Both the position numbers and the translations under genes were made by a program. Shown here in pieces: positions 24,908 to 37,066 of a DNA stretch of 64,000 bases (position 1 is its first letter; each line of letters begins with the position of its first letter). Location of the stretch: positions 45,198,001-45,262,000 of the forward strand of contig NC_042998.1 of NCBI RefSeq assembly GCF_006345805.1. Reading direction: 5' to 3'. This stretch comes from Octopus sinensis. Its lineage: Eukaryota. Under the pieces are notes generated by a model, which saw nothing but the letters and a program-made list of their open reading frames with translations, had not been told where the DNA came from and ran no database searches.

Positions 24908-25870
24908 AGACCATAAGCTAAGTTTTAATTTATTGATTCATGTAGGGAAATACTTATCTAAGATGTATTTACTAAGTCTACCGATGTCTGCGCTGGAAGG
25001 ACAGATAAGCCGTAAGGATGGATCATTATAAAAGTTTTGTTTGCGGTCTTTTAAAATAAACCGAGGTTGCCTGGGATTCAATGGTTCTGTCTTCATCTGT
25101 AATCCATACGATTCCATAATTCCTTTAGCTTCTAGATTAGCCTGCCAGAGAGTAGTCATACGGGTGATCTTGTAGTTTTTATGGATCTCCTTTTCCAGCA
25201 GTTCCAAATAGTGGCTCTTGGTAAGCTTATAGAGGTTTCCAGTTTTATCAGATTGAACAAGGATGAAATTTATGTTATTGATTTCCTTAGAGACGTTGTC
25301 AAGATATCTAAGATGTTTGTTCCTGAGGGGTGAACGGTGAAATTTTATATTCTTCACGATGGACCATACATCATCCTCGAATTGCTTCAATCTAGGGTTA
25401 GGTGGAGGGCTACCCTTCGATTTAAATCATTTTTTAAAACTCAGAAGAAATGTCATTACTGGTCTGTTATAAGTCCTTATTGTCGAAGAAGGTGAGCCAT
25501 CTGATGCGGTTGATAAATGCATTCGTCTTATTAATGAGTTCCTTAAAGAAAGCATTCTTTGGGGAAATAGGAATATCCTTAAGTGAAACGTTGATATTAA
25601 ACAACTCCATTTGCGGTAACGGTTATAAGATAATCTGTTGAAGAATATGTAAATGGTTGAATGAATTATCCTTTGTTTACCATTAACATGGAAAATTCAA
25701 TAGACAGTTACCAGGGTAGCAAAATTCACGCAAATAACAAGGATATAGCGACCTATTCAAAGGTAGAAACTCCGGGTTAATGTGCAGTAATTTGTGTAGT
25801 ATAAGTAAATAAATGGAGTTGAATGCAGATGCTATTCAAATTCTTTTATTTTCGACATATGTTTCGAAGA
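24908..25870 (-). mobile_element. Penelope-like element (Naiad-type): 5' region and RT ORF N-terminus, decayed
   Basis: From ATG 25610: MELFNINVSLKDIP...ELINKTNAFINRIRWLTFF, then SDKTGNLY...LKDRKQNF.NDPSLRLICPS...GRLSKYILD. Hammerhead 3' half at 25865..25854. Confidence 0.82.
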
Positions 25871-26170
25871 CAACATTGGTTTTATCCCAAAGGAATAAAC
25901 GGTGTAAATTAAATCTAATCTTCCTTTGCAGTTCCGTGAAGTGGTTGGTAAGAACTTTCCAAACAATTCTAGATATTATTCAATTATTAATTCTCATATA
26001 GTTAGAGTTACCTTCTCCAACACAAAGAATCTTTCACAAATTATATCTTCTCGTAATACCAGTCTGCTGAATAAAAGTTCATTTTCTAGGAGTTCCAACA
26101 TTAATTTTGTTAATTCCAGCCCCTCACATAATAAAAAAATAGAAGAGTGCCATATCATGTGAAATTGGTT
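25865..26170 (+). mobile_element. Inverted downstream fragment (post-thumb linker) of a Naiad-type PLE
   Basis: RRQHWFYP.../KSNLPLQFREVVGKNFPNNSRYYSIINSHIVRVTFSNTKNLSQIISSRN resembles the WFNPP...KHFP...IFN...SYS...N...I..HN region. Confidence 0.7.
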
Positions 26171-26291
26171 GTTAAAAAAGAAATTGTAAAATGATTGATT
26201 TTTGAAATAAAAAAGGAGGCTGAATAATGATTGAATAAGATAATAAAGAAAGTAACAACAAGTCTTTAACAACAAGGTTACATATGATTTT

Positions 26292-26297
26292 TTATTT
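26292..26297 (-). terminator. Candidate polyadenylation signal AATAAA of RPP14
   Basis: Minus strand reads TAAATAAAAA, overlapping the stop codon. Confidence 0.45.
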
Positions 26298-26355
26298 ATG
26301 TTGGGTAACTAAGCTGTCGACTTGAGTTTCCAATTGCCATTAAATGTTGTGAGAC
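26296..26355 (-). CDS. RPP14: RPP14 last coding exon (VSQHLMAIGNSSRQLSYPT*)
   Basis: Acceptor cttcctctttccag. Matches human VSPFLLALSGNSRELV; TAA stop. Spliced product is 123 aa, Rpp14/Pop5 family. Confidence 0.92.
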   Translation of the reverse strand, partial: VSQHLMAIGNSSRQLSYPT

Positions 26356-26719
26356 CTGGAAAGAGGAAGTTCAAACATTTTACTAAAGAGGTAGATGAAG
26401 TAATCTTGGAAGAAAACATTAAGCCTGAAATATAAATGGTGGCAAATATTCAATCTGACTTTTTAAAATAAACTTGCTACAAAACATCACATTTCTAACC
26501 AGTTATATATTTCACCTGTTTCAGTCATGTTGGGGCATCACCTTGAAGAGATTAGTCAAACCAAACAAAACCAGTATTTATGGGGACTTTTTTTTAATAA
26601 TCTGGTACTTATTCCATTGGTCTCATTTGCCAAACTGCTAGCTCACAGAGACATAAACAAACCAACACCAGTTGTCATGCAGTGGGGAGGGACAAACACA
26701 GATACACACATACACACAC

Positions 26720-26885
26720 AGGAGTGGCTGTGTGGTAAGTAGCTTGCTTACCAACCACATGGTTCCTGGTTCAGTCCCACTGCGTGGCACCTTGGGCAAA
26801 TGTCTTCTACTATAGCCTCAGGCCGACCAAAGCCTTGTGAGTGGATTTGGTAGATGGAAACTAAAAGAAGCCTGTCGTATATATG

Positions 26886-26924
<39 letters not shown>

Positions 26925-27122
26925 CTGTCCCCACCAACATCGCTTGATAACCGATGCTGGTGTGTTTACATCCCCGTAACTTAGTGGTTCGGCAAAATAG
27001 ACCGATAGAATAAGTACTAGGCTTACAAAGAATAAGTCCTGGGGTCGATTTGCTCGACTAAAGGCAGTGCTCCAGCATAGCAGCAGTCAAATGACTGAAA
27101 CAAGTAAAAGAGTAAAGAGAGT
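26720..27122 (+). mobile_element. tRNA-derived CORE-type SINE nested in an older inverted copy
   Basis: Same family; host copy pieces at ~26515-26720 and ~27125-27230. Confidence 0.85.
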
Positions 27123-27231
27123 ATGTATAACAAGATTCTTTCCGCTTCAAACTACCAGATCCACTAACAAGGCTTTGGTTGACCTGAAACTATGTGAACG
27201 AGAAGCAAACTCCTTACCACACAACCACATA

Positions 27232-27600
27232 CTCTTTTACTTGTTTCAGTCATTTGACTGTGGCCATGCTGGAGCACCGCTTTTAGCCGAGCATATCGAC
27301 CCAAGGACTTATTCTTTGGAAGCCCAGTACTTATTCTATCGGTCTCTTTTGCCGAACTGCTAAGTTACAGGGACGTAAGCACACCAGCATCGGTTGTCAA
27401 GCCAAGTTTGGGGGACAAACACAACACACACATATATATATGACGGGCTTCTTTCAGTTTCCGTCTACCAAATCCACTCACAAGGCTTTGGTCGACCCGA
27501 GGCTATAGCAGAAGACACTTGCCTAAGGTGCCACGCAGTGGGACTGAACCTGGAACCATGTGGTTCGTAAGCAAGCTACTTACCACACAGCCACTCATAC
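27232..27600 (-). mobile_element. tRNA-derived CORE-type SINE
   Basis: Same family. Confidence 0.85.
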
Positions 27601-27659
27601 GCCTATCTGCACTAGTATTTTAAAATATGGTATATTCAATCCTTTGAAGTCAAAAGATA

Positions 27660-28449
27660 CAGTCAACTCTCGCTACTATGACACCCTGCGGGACTGAGCC
27701 AAAGTGGCATAGTACCGAGGGTCTGTTATCTAAACACTACATAACCAAAAATTTACTGAACATACGAATAAAAATTCATAGGGTAGGAAGTAAGGCCAAT
27801 AAGAAGTTCAATGCAATGGTAAGAAGAAGACATCCAAGTTTATTAAGTTCAGATTGCTTTTAGTTAATCCCAAAGCTCTCAAAAATTGTCGGCTGACGCA
27901 TCTTCTTTCGGCGGATTTCATTCATTTCGTTGTCTAGCCTATCACACGCCTGCATGACGCTGGGTTTTCCGCTGCTCTGCTGCTGCATAAACTTTCGGAT
28001 AGTGCTCCATGCTCTCTGGGTATCTGCAAACAAAACATATTCCTCTTCCACAATTACCTCGTCGTCTTCACTTTCCACCGGCTCTTCGTTATGCATTACC
28101 TCCTTTGCTATTTCTTCTAGAGTGAAACATGTCGGACAATACAAGGGGCGGTAACTTGTATCAGATATTACTAATGATACGAGGGGCCCGACAATAACGT
28201 TTTTCGCAGCATCGATAATCTCCTTCTTTTCCTTCAGCGTAAACTCAGTCCGCTTGCGTTTCTGAGCTGACATTGTGTGCTACTTTCTGAACTTTTCCAC
28301 AAGATTACAAATACGAAATGTACAAAATGTAGGAGTACAAAATTTCGAAAAGTTGCGTGTGCTTCAGTTTACAAGTGGCATAGTAAAAATTTTTTGTTTA
28401 TTATTTGGCCGGGACCGCGCAAAACTGGCATAGTAGCGAGAGTTGACTG
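27660..28449 (-). mobile_element. Tigger/pogo-family internal-deletion element
   Basis: Perfect 21-bp TIR cagtcaactctcgctactatg with TA flanks. ORF 27860..28273 has KRKR..FTLKEKKEII and C-terminal KKMRQPTIFESF. Confidence 0.9.
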
Positions 28450-28569
28450 TAACTGAATGCAACTATTATTCTATAGGAGTATCTCACAAAATAAAATTGA
28501 ACCCACTCAATTCAACTGTCTCAAAGAGAGTAGTTACACAATTGCTATGATGCAAACTGAAGTAGCTAT

Positions 28570-29195
28570 TTCAGGCTTTAAAACACGAATCGACCTCGCT
28601 CGCCAAGCCTTCAACCAACTCAGTGCATGACTCTGGTCAAGATCTGAGATCTGACGCACCACCAAAGTACGGATCTACCAAGCACTAGTGCAAACGATTC
28701 TCCTTTACGGCAGCGAGTCATGGCCAATGAAGGTGTAAGATATTAAGCAACTAGAATCCTTCGATCACCTCAGTCTACGCCGCATCCTTCGTGTCCGATG
28801 GCATCACTTTTGTCTCCAACAATTTGGTGCGACACCAGTGCAGAATCACCTCCCTCCGACAAGTCATCCTAACAAGACGTCTGCGTTGGCTGGGTCATGC
28901 CCTCCGTTGTCAACCAAGAGAATTCATCTACGAAGCAATTGCCCCGGCTCCCCTTCAGGGTTGGCGAAAGCGATGTGGTGGACAACGAAAAACCTGGCTG
29001 ATAACAGTCAAGGCTGATCTGGAACCCAACCTAGGCCCCCATATCTACGGCGTTCGCCACTGGAATAAGGAGTGGTTGGAGATCATGTGGTCATTAGCCT
29101 CAAATCGCCAGGCCTGGTCGGCGTTTGTGAGATGCAGCATTGAGGATGAATGAAGCCAGCTCAACCCACCCCGGGTGAATGCTGTAAGAAGAAGT
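28570..29195 (+). mobile_element. RTE-clade LINE 3' fragment (second family)
   Basis: RIDLARQAF...TKVRIYQALV..ILLYGSESW...RRLRWLGHALR...GGQRKTW, with stops; ends ccgggtgaatgctgt(aag)n. Confidence 0.85.
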
Positions 29196-30934
29196 TATTG
29201 TTATTGAAACTATTCTGTTTTCATTTCAATTGTAGTGTATGTAAAACTATATTAACCAATGTGTACTTCGTTTATTTTTAGGATGGAGAGGTGCAATGAA
29301 AGAGACCTGCAGCTATTTCTATTAAGTCCAGTGACCTTATAGGAGCTCTCTGTGCAGGAGTAGATGTGTAAAGCTAAACTGGATGAAAAGTTACAAGGCA
29401 ACTTGGAAAGTGACTGAGAATTAACTGACCAAAGTGTGCAGGAGAGATAACTGTTCACGTAGCTTAATGGTTAGGGTATTCAGTTCACAATCATAAGGTC
29501 ATGAGTTCAATTCCTAGCAGCATGTTATGTCCTTGAGCAAGACACTTTATTTCAAGTTGCTCCAGTCCATTCAGATGGCAAAAGTAAATGGTACCTGTAA
29601 TTCAATGGGCCAGCCACGTCACATTCCGTTTCACACTGAATTTCCCCGAGAAATATGTTAAGGGTACGTGTTTGTGGAGTGCTTAGCCATTTGCATATTA
29701 AGTTCACAAGCAGGTTGTTCCGCCGACTGGATCAACTAGAATCCTCATCATTATAAGCAACACGGTGCCAGACATTCTCGTGTGGGCAAGCAAGATCAAA
29801 TGGATGAATTCTGGGTGAAGAAAGGCTATGTGGTGTCAGTGAAGTATTTTTATAGAAGACAACAACAACAACAAGGTAACTTAGAAGACAGAATTAAATA
29901 GCAATATATTGTATAACAGACCTGTTCAATCTATACTATTATGAAGGAAATATTTCAACATTGATAATGAAAGCTGAATACCAGAGATGTAACAGATGTA
30001 ATTGTATCATGAATCTTCTCAATCATGTGTCAATCCAACTTCAACACTGGTTGGTTTCAGATTTCTTATGCTGCCAATCAGACATGTCTTTGAATATACC
30101 AAGAAAAGATGCCACCCAACAAATTGAACACCTTCTTTCCCCTTCACTCCCATTCATTCACAACATAATGGTTTCAAATTTTGGCACAGGGCCAGCAATT
30201 CAGGAGGAAGATGTAAGCCAATTACATTGACCCCAGTATTCAACTGGTACTTCATCATCATCATCGTTTAACGTCCGTTTTCCATGCTAGCATGGGTTGG
30301 ACGATTTGACTGAGGTCTGGGAAGCCAGAAGGCTGTGCCAGGCCCAGTCTGATCTGGCAGTGTTTCTATAGTTGGATGCCCTTCCATCAATTCCTAAAGA
30401 ATGAAAAGCAAAGTCAACCACAGAATGTAAAGATGGACGAAATGTTACCAAGCATTTTGCCAGGCATGCCAACAATTATGCCAGTCACTGCTTTATTCAT
30501 GCACTACATATTACCAAACAATCGTAGACCTGTCTCCCAATGTCCTTGACAAACCGGCTTTTAAATGCAGAAAAGCCTACCTGACAGAACTTCACAGAAC
30601 AATTTTTTGAATAGGTACAAGGTCAGGCAGAAGTTTGGTGAAAAAAGAGTTAAATAAATAAATACCAAATTTATCTTAACAACCCCAGAAGGATGAAAGG
30701 CAGGATTTGAACACTGAGTGTTAAGGGTCATAACTAAATACTGAAAGGTATTTTATCAGATGCTCTAATGATTTTGCAAAATCATCCAAATCCAGCTAAT
30801 AATGGCACTGGCATTTTAATTTTCCCCATATTTAAAAATTACTTTTAATGAGTTCTTCAGATCATAAGATTTAATTTCATTAAAAATAAAAAACTAGAAC
30901 CACACTAATATAAATATAGACAAATACCATCCAA

Positions 30935-31356
30935 GTGTGATCACTGCCAGAGCAGCTTACCGGCTTCCGTGCCGGTGGCATGCAAAAAGCACCATTTAAA
31001 CGTGATCATTATCAACGTCACCTTACTGGCACTTGTGCTGGTGGCACATGAAAAACATTCGTGCGAGGTCATTGCCAGTGCTGCTGGACTGGCTCCTGTG
31101 CAGGCGGCACGTAAAAAACACCACTTGAACATGGCTATTGCCAGTATCGCCTGACTGGCCCTCGTGCCGGTGGCACATAAAAGCACCCACTACACTCTCG
31201 GAGTGGTTGGTGTTAGGAAGGGCATCCAGCAGTAGAAACTCTGCCAGATCAGACTGGAGCCTGGTGCAGCCATCTGGTTCGCCAGTCCTCAGTCAAATCG
31301 TCCAACCCATGCTAGCATAGAAAACGGACGTTAAACAATGATGATGATGATGATGA
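30935..31356 (+). mobile_element. RTE LINE 3'UTR copy
   Basis: Matches 20330-20690; (GAT)n tail. Confidence 0.85.
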
Positions 31357-31465
31357 CAAATACATTTTCTTCTCAATTTTAAAACAATTTACTTCTTAAG
31401 GTATCTATAAGAAACAAGTTTTTTTTTGGGGGGGGGGGTATGGAATTAGACAATAAAATCAATAC

Positions 31466-31544
31466 CTGAAGAACATGGAGTGTACAAGCTTTATCACATA
31501 AATTAGTTACTGTAATTATACTAGTCCAGAGATGAAGTAGATGC
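31466..31544 (-). CDS. RPP14: RPP14 coding exon 4 (HLLHLWTSIITVTNLCDKACTLHVLQ)
   Basis: 79 nt; acceptor tttctgtttcag, donor gtattg. Matches human GLVKLWSSLTLLGSYKGKKCAFRVIQ. Confidence 0.9.
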
Positions 31545-32659
31545 CTGAAACAGAAAAAATTATCATTTATTCAACCATCTTCAAATTATATTTGAAAACT
31601 CAATTACATTAAAAAGCATAGATGTGATCTTGTACTAGAGAGGCTATTATGAACTGCATTAAAATGACTATCATACACTTGAAGTTAGATTCATATCTAA
31701 CCTCAAGTCAAAGACAGACATTAAACATTTTAAACATTACAATTCTCCTTGTAAAAATCTTTATATACTTGATACAAAGATATATTGATTATTCAATATA
31801 CTTATCTTTTATACAGCTTCTTAAAACTATTGTAAGCTTATTAAATAAAAAAAACAACATTGTTTTAGGTTCAATGATTAATTTATCAGCAATAGCTTGG
31901 TTGTGCAAATTTGAAGATTTGATTAAGTTACAAAAGTATCTAATTTGGCTTCAAATTTTGGTACAAGGCCAGCAATTTCATGGAGGGGTTAAGTCAATTA
32001 GATCGAATCCAGTGCTCAAATGGTACTTATTTTATCAACCCTAAAAGGATAAAAGGCAAAGTCGACCATGGCAGCATTTGAATTCAGAACGTAAAGTCAG
32101 AAAAAATGTCACTAAGAATTTTGTCTGGTAGCGATTCTGCCAGCTCACCATCTTACAAAGTATCTAATTTAACACCAGAATGATTCTTCTAACACTAATC
32201 ACTTAATAAAAGGAATATATACTTCACTTACATACCATTTTCATGTCATAATTAAGTCAATATGAAATTGAGATTATTAAATAATGCAAGACTAATCTAG
32301 GGATATAGTTATTCTGATAGATTTTGAAGCTAATCAATAAGTATAAATCAGGGGTTAGCAGCAGATGAGCCACCATGGGTCTCAAGTCTTTTCTAAAATT
32401 TTTTCAAATCTAATATATTTGTGAACCATGGAAAGTTGATGGCTTTTAGTTAGACTTTTGTGTTACAATTTAACTTTTGTCTATTTCAGCATTACCAGTG
32501 AGAAATGGGGGATACAAAACAATATTCTTATATGTGGGTTATGGACAAATGAAAAAAAAACCAAGATAGACCATTGCAAGAAGATATTGGTCCCTTGCAT
32601 AGATTCTAATGAAATTTGAAACGTGCACATATATGTACATTATATATATATATATATAT

Positions 32660-32985
32660 CATCATCATCATCATCGTTTAACGTCCGCCTTCCATGCTAG
32701 CATGGGTTGGATAATTTGACTGAGGTCTGGCAAACCAGGCTTCAATCTGATCTGGCAGAGTTTCTACAGCTGGATGCCCTTCCTAATGCCAACCACTCCA
32801 AGGGTGTAGTGGGTGCTTTTATGTTCCACCAGCACGAGGGCCAGTTAGGTGGTACTGGCAACGGCCACGCTCAAATGTTGCTTTTTATGTGCCACCTGCA
32901 CAGGAGCCAGTCCAGCGGCACTGGCAACAACCTCGCTTGAATGTTTTTTTCAAGTGCCACCAGCACAAGTGCTAGTAAGGCGACA
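32660..32985 (-). mobile_element. RTE LINE 3'UTR copy
   Basis: Same family, (CAT)n start. Confidence 0.85.
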
Positions 32986-33559
32986 TATATACATACACAC
33001 ACACACACTTTTCTGTGTACATTACTATTTTACATGCATGTACATGTTAGTAACACAAGAGTCAACAAACTATTGAAGCAATGTTACTTTACAACCAGAC
33101 ACACTTACTACTGATAACTATTCATTTGAAACCTGTTAATGGAATATGATTTTTGACATAATGAAGCAAGCAGAGTTATGTACCTTCACATAGGCTATTA
33201 GTGACGGTGTTTTAAAAAAACAAACTGATCAATAAAGCTACTGTGGCTCATTTATTATTAATTACCAATCAAGTATTATATGACTTTCTGATGAAAGATC
33301 TAATTTAGATGATAGATTGACAACAGTTTCATGTTTCTCACAGTATAAACCATAAAACAGAGTCATTAGGTGTATGTACCTGAAGCACTATTAAAAGTGA
33401 TTGAGAAAGGCCACAACAGTTCACATTAGAAATGAAATCAAAACTTTTAAATATGGACCCTGTGTATTTTACTATTTCAACTATAAAAGATTTTATGAAT
33501 GAGGGTAGATGAAACGTTCTGACTCAAAAGAATACAGATGATGAATGGGATTACTAATA

Positions 33560-34020
33560 TAAAATCTGCTGCATTTATTACTGCACTGTACCTACGAGGT
33601 AGTTCCTCAGGGAAAGTTCAAAAGGAGCAGTTTTTATATCTACTCCATCTCTACAGATTATCAAAGCAGACTGCAGCAATAATGCTACTGTCAAAAGCGC
33701 ATCAGCTTTTAAGAAGTACTGCAGTTGGAGGTGTTAAGCTTGGCAAGTAGTGTTGTTACCAAGTTGTTAACTGGATATCCATTATCCTATAGTACTTTTT
33801 GAAAGTGCTTTGAGTTGACAGTCCTATCTTGTTATTTATATAGGTGATCAGGTGCTGAATGTATGCAGCCTTGACATGGTTGGTCAGACTAATCAGCAAT
33901 GTACATAGATACTACAACAGATAGCTTTCCTGTAGACGTCAGTTGTTAAACGACTCTTTTGTGATTCTGAGTTGAAAATGCAACAGAGGAAATAAATCCA
34001 TTGTCGGGATATTCTGTGTT
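33560..34020 (-). mobile_element. Old canonical Penelope-like RT thumb fragment
   Basis: LTTDVYRK and KVL*DNGYP motifs with stops and frameshifts. Confidence 0.55.
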
Positions 34021-34886
34021 GAACCTATATGATCATCAGTGTTGTTTGCCTCTCCACAATGTTATGGGGATGTAAACACACATCAGTTGCCAAACGGTGG
34101 GGATGGAACAAACACAGATGCAAAGACACACACACACACACACATATATATATACATATATACATAGACACAAAGGGCTTCTTTCAGTTTCCATCGACCA
34201 AATCCACTCTCAAGGCTATAGAAGACATTTGGCCAAGGTGCCACACAAAATGGGATTGAACTTGGAACTATATAGTATGTATACATATATATATATATAT
34301 ATATATCACCGTGACCAACCAGGCTATCCGATGTTGCTACAGATCGCTGGCCACAATGTGCTTCACATTGTTTTAGCCTTCAAATAATGCCACCCCACTG
34401 GCTAAGCAAGCAGGCCAACAGAAGAAAGAGTGAGAAAAAGTTGTGGCAAAAGAGTAGAGCAGGGGATTGCCACCACCCCTGCCGTAGCCACGTGGAGCTT
34501 TAGTCGTTTTCGCTCAATAAACACTTACAACGCCCAGTCTGGGAATCGAAAACGCGATCCTATGACCGCGAGTCCGCAGCCCTAACCACTGGGACATTGC
34601 ACCTCCACACACACACACGGAGGAAATCATAAAAGTAGCTGGCCGAGGCTCTGCATCCTGGTTGGTCCATAAATGTGATGGAACATATTTCTATTGATAT
34701 CGTAACTATTTAAAAGGATCAAAATTATCAGATATATTTGTATTTATGTATGCGTGTGTGCATGCACAAGTGGATGTGCAAGCATACCCAACTTTTACTA
34801 AATGAAACTAATTATAATTAATATAATGTATGATTTATTACTTTTTATGTAATACTCCACATATACTTAATATAGCAAAATAGTGA

Positions 34887-35205
34887 AGGTGCATGGCTCA
34901 GTGGTTAGAGCATCAGGTTCGCAATCATGAGGTAGCGGGTTTGATTCCCAGCCTGGGCAAGGTATTGTGTTCTTGAACAAGACACTATCTCACACTGCTG
35001 CAGTTCACTCATCTGTAGAAATGAGTTGCAACGTCACTGATGCCAAGCTGTATAGGCCTTTGCCTTTCCCTTGGATAACATCAGTGGCATAGAGAGGGGA
35101 GACTGGTATGCATGGGCGACTGCTGGTCTTCCATAAACAACTTTGCCCAGACTTGCACTTCAGAGGCAATTTTCTAAGTCATTCATGACCGAAGGGGATC
35201 TTTAT
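34887..35205 (+). mobile_element. tRNA-derived SINE (third family)
   Basis: A box tggctcagtggttagagc, B-box-like ggtttgattcc, central tgtgttcttgaacaagacact. Related copy at ~29455-29770. Confidence 0.75.
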
Positions 35206-35254
35206 TAAAATAATATATATTAAAATATAGCAAAATAAAAAAAATTTTTCTTAC

Positions 35255-35331
35255 GTGTGTGGTACCATAAGAATAGTTTCAAGTTTTTGCTCATCAAATT
35301 TCCGAACAAAGATATTTGCAGAAGCTGCAAT
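35255..35331 (-). CDS. RPP14: RPP14 coding exon 3 (IAASANIFVRKFDEQKLETILMVPH-T)
   Basis: 77 nt; acceptor ttcaaacag, donor gtaaga. Matches human VDAALPLDILTYEEKTLSAILRICS; phases compatible. Confidence 0.9.
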
Positions 35332-36524
35332 CTGTTTGAAATAAGAAAATACAAATAATACTATTAAGGTAAAACAGGAAACAGCATAAATCATTTGCAA
35401 CACATTAAGACACACTAATGCACACTAGTACATAATAGGTACTTATGAACACTATTTCCATATATTGTGGTAATGAAATCAAAATCAATAAGCTTGCACT
35501 TTCCATCATCGTTTTAACATCCACGTTTTCATGCCTGCATGGGTCAGATGGAATTTATTGAGGCAGAGTTTTTATGGTTGGATGCCCTTCCCATCACCTA
35601 ACCCCACCTGTTTCCATATAAGGTAATAGCTCACCATGACCAGATGTGTTTCTCACAGGACATTGGAAACAAAGGACACCACTTACATGACAGTGACACT
35701 TGTTTACTACTATTATGCTATGTCAAGACAAGATGACAGTAACACACACACACACATAGATACATATGCGTGGGCTTTTTTCAGTTCTTGTTGAACCAAA
35801 TCTACTCACAAGGCTTTGGTCAACCCATAGATATAGCAAGACACTAGCCCAAGGTGTCATGCATTGGGACTGAACCCAGAACCATGTGGTTGGTAAGAAA
35901 AACTTCTTACTACGAGCCATGCCTGTGTGCCTGATGTGTACACACACACATGGCAGGGCTGTGAAGGTATAAAGTTTAGGTCATATGGTCTCAGGTTGTC
36001 TCATTCCATGGTATTTTGAGCATGCATCTTCTATAGCATTGGACAAACCGATGCTCTCCGATTGAATTTGGAACTGTATGGAACCCCATCATCATCATCA
36101 TTTAACGTGTTTTCCATGCTGAGATACAGGTTGAATGGTCTGAGAGGAGCTGACCAGCTTCAGGGCTGTTCAGGCTCCATGTCTGTTTTGGCATAATTTC
36201 TATGGCTGGATACCTTTCCTAATGCTAACCACTTTATAGAGTGTAATGGGTGCTTTTACGCAGCACCAGCACAGGTGCTTTTTACATGGCACCACCACTT
36301 ATAAGCCCACAAGATTTGGAACACTCAGCTGGAGAGGGTTGCATGGGACAAGCCTGTATGCAAGGACAACCACACTTTTACTTATCTCGATGTGTTTTTC
36401 CATGCACGCAAACTGCCAGGAGTCTCGGTCCTGTCATCCAAGGATTTGGCTGGTGTGGGGCTGTAGCAGAAGACATTTGCCCAAGATGCCATGCAGTGAG
36501 CCTGAACCCAGAATTATGTGGTTA

Positions 36525-36800
36525 TAATAATAATAATAATTGTGTACAGTGCTCAGGTGCACTACAACTCATCTAAAGTGTATATATAATCAGGTGTAGT
36601 TTCGGCGGATTTCGGAAAGCATGTAGTGTCAACAACTGACGCAGGCAGTTTATTCCATGCTTCAGCAACTCTGAGCGTGAAAAAATGTTTCAGAAAGTCA
36701 TGGGAGCTGTGTTGTTTTCTGACTTTGTAGGCATGTCCACGTGTGTTAGACACATGGAGATCAAAAAGGTGTTCAGTGTTGTTGTTGGTGAGGTGGTTGA
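36525..36800 (-). mobile_element. CR1/L2-type LINE 3' end
   Basis: NTRGHAYK...KHFFTLRVAEAWNKLPASVV and an (ATT)n tail. The same 3' tip occurs at ~10025-10125. Confidence 0.82.
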
Positions 36801-36981
36801 AAACAAACTTTTTACCACACAGTCATACTACACATATATAAGCATTTGTGGCTGGGCTGTAACCAGTGATGTTTATTGGCATTTCCTATCAACAAATCGT
36901 TCACCAGCATGTATGTGTCTAGACACACACACACACACATGGCCCATTGACAAAAAATAAATAATTTCACAAGGTACATAC

Positions 36982-37066
36982 TTCACCATGTAGGGATCTC
37001 ACAGCCATGAGGAGCAGAGATTTGAAGCTTGCTGCTTTGATGGTGTTATTCTGATCAGCAAATTCT
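36982..37066 (-). CDS. RPP14: RPP14 coding exon 2 (EFADQNNTIKAASFKSLLLMAVRSLHGE)
   Basis: 85 nt; acceptor ttctattgtag, donor gtatgt. Matches human EFQDCGVGLNAAQFKQLLISAVKDLFGE. Confidence 0.92.

Noticed and set aside
34887-34960. tRNA-like sequences at SINE heads
   Set aside because: Degenerate A/B boxes continuous with SINE bodies; no intact cloverleaf.
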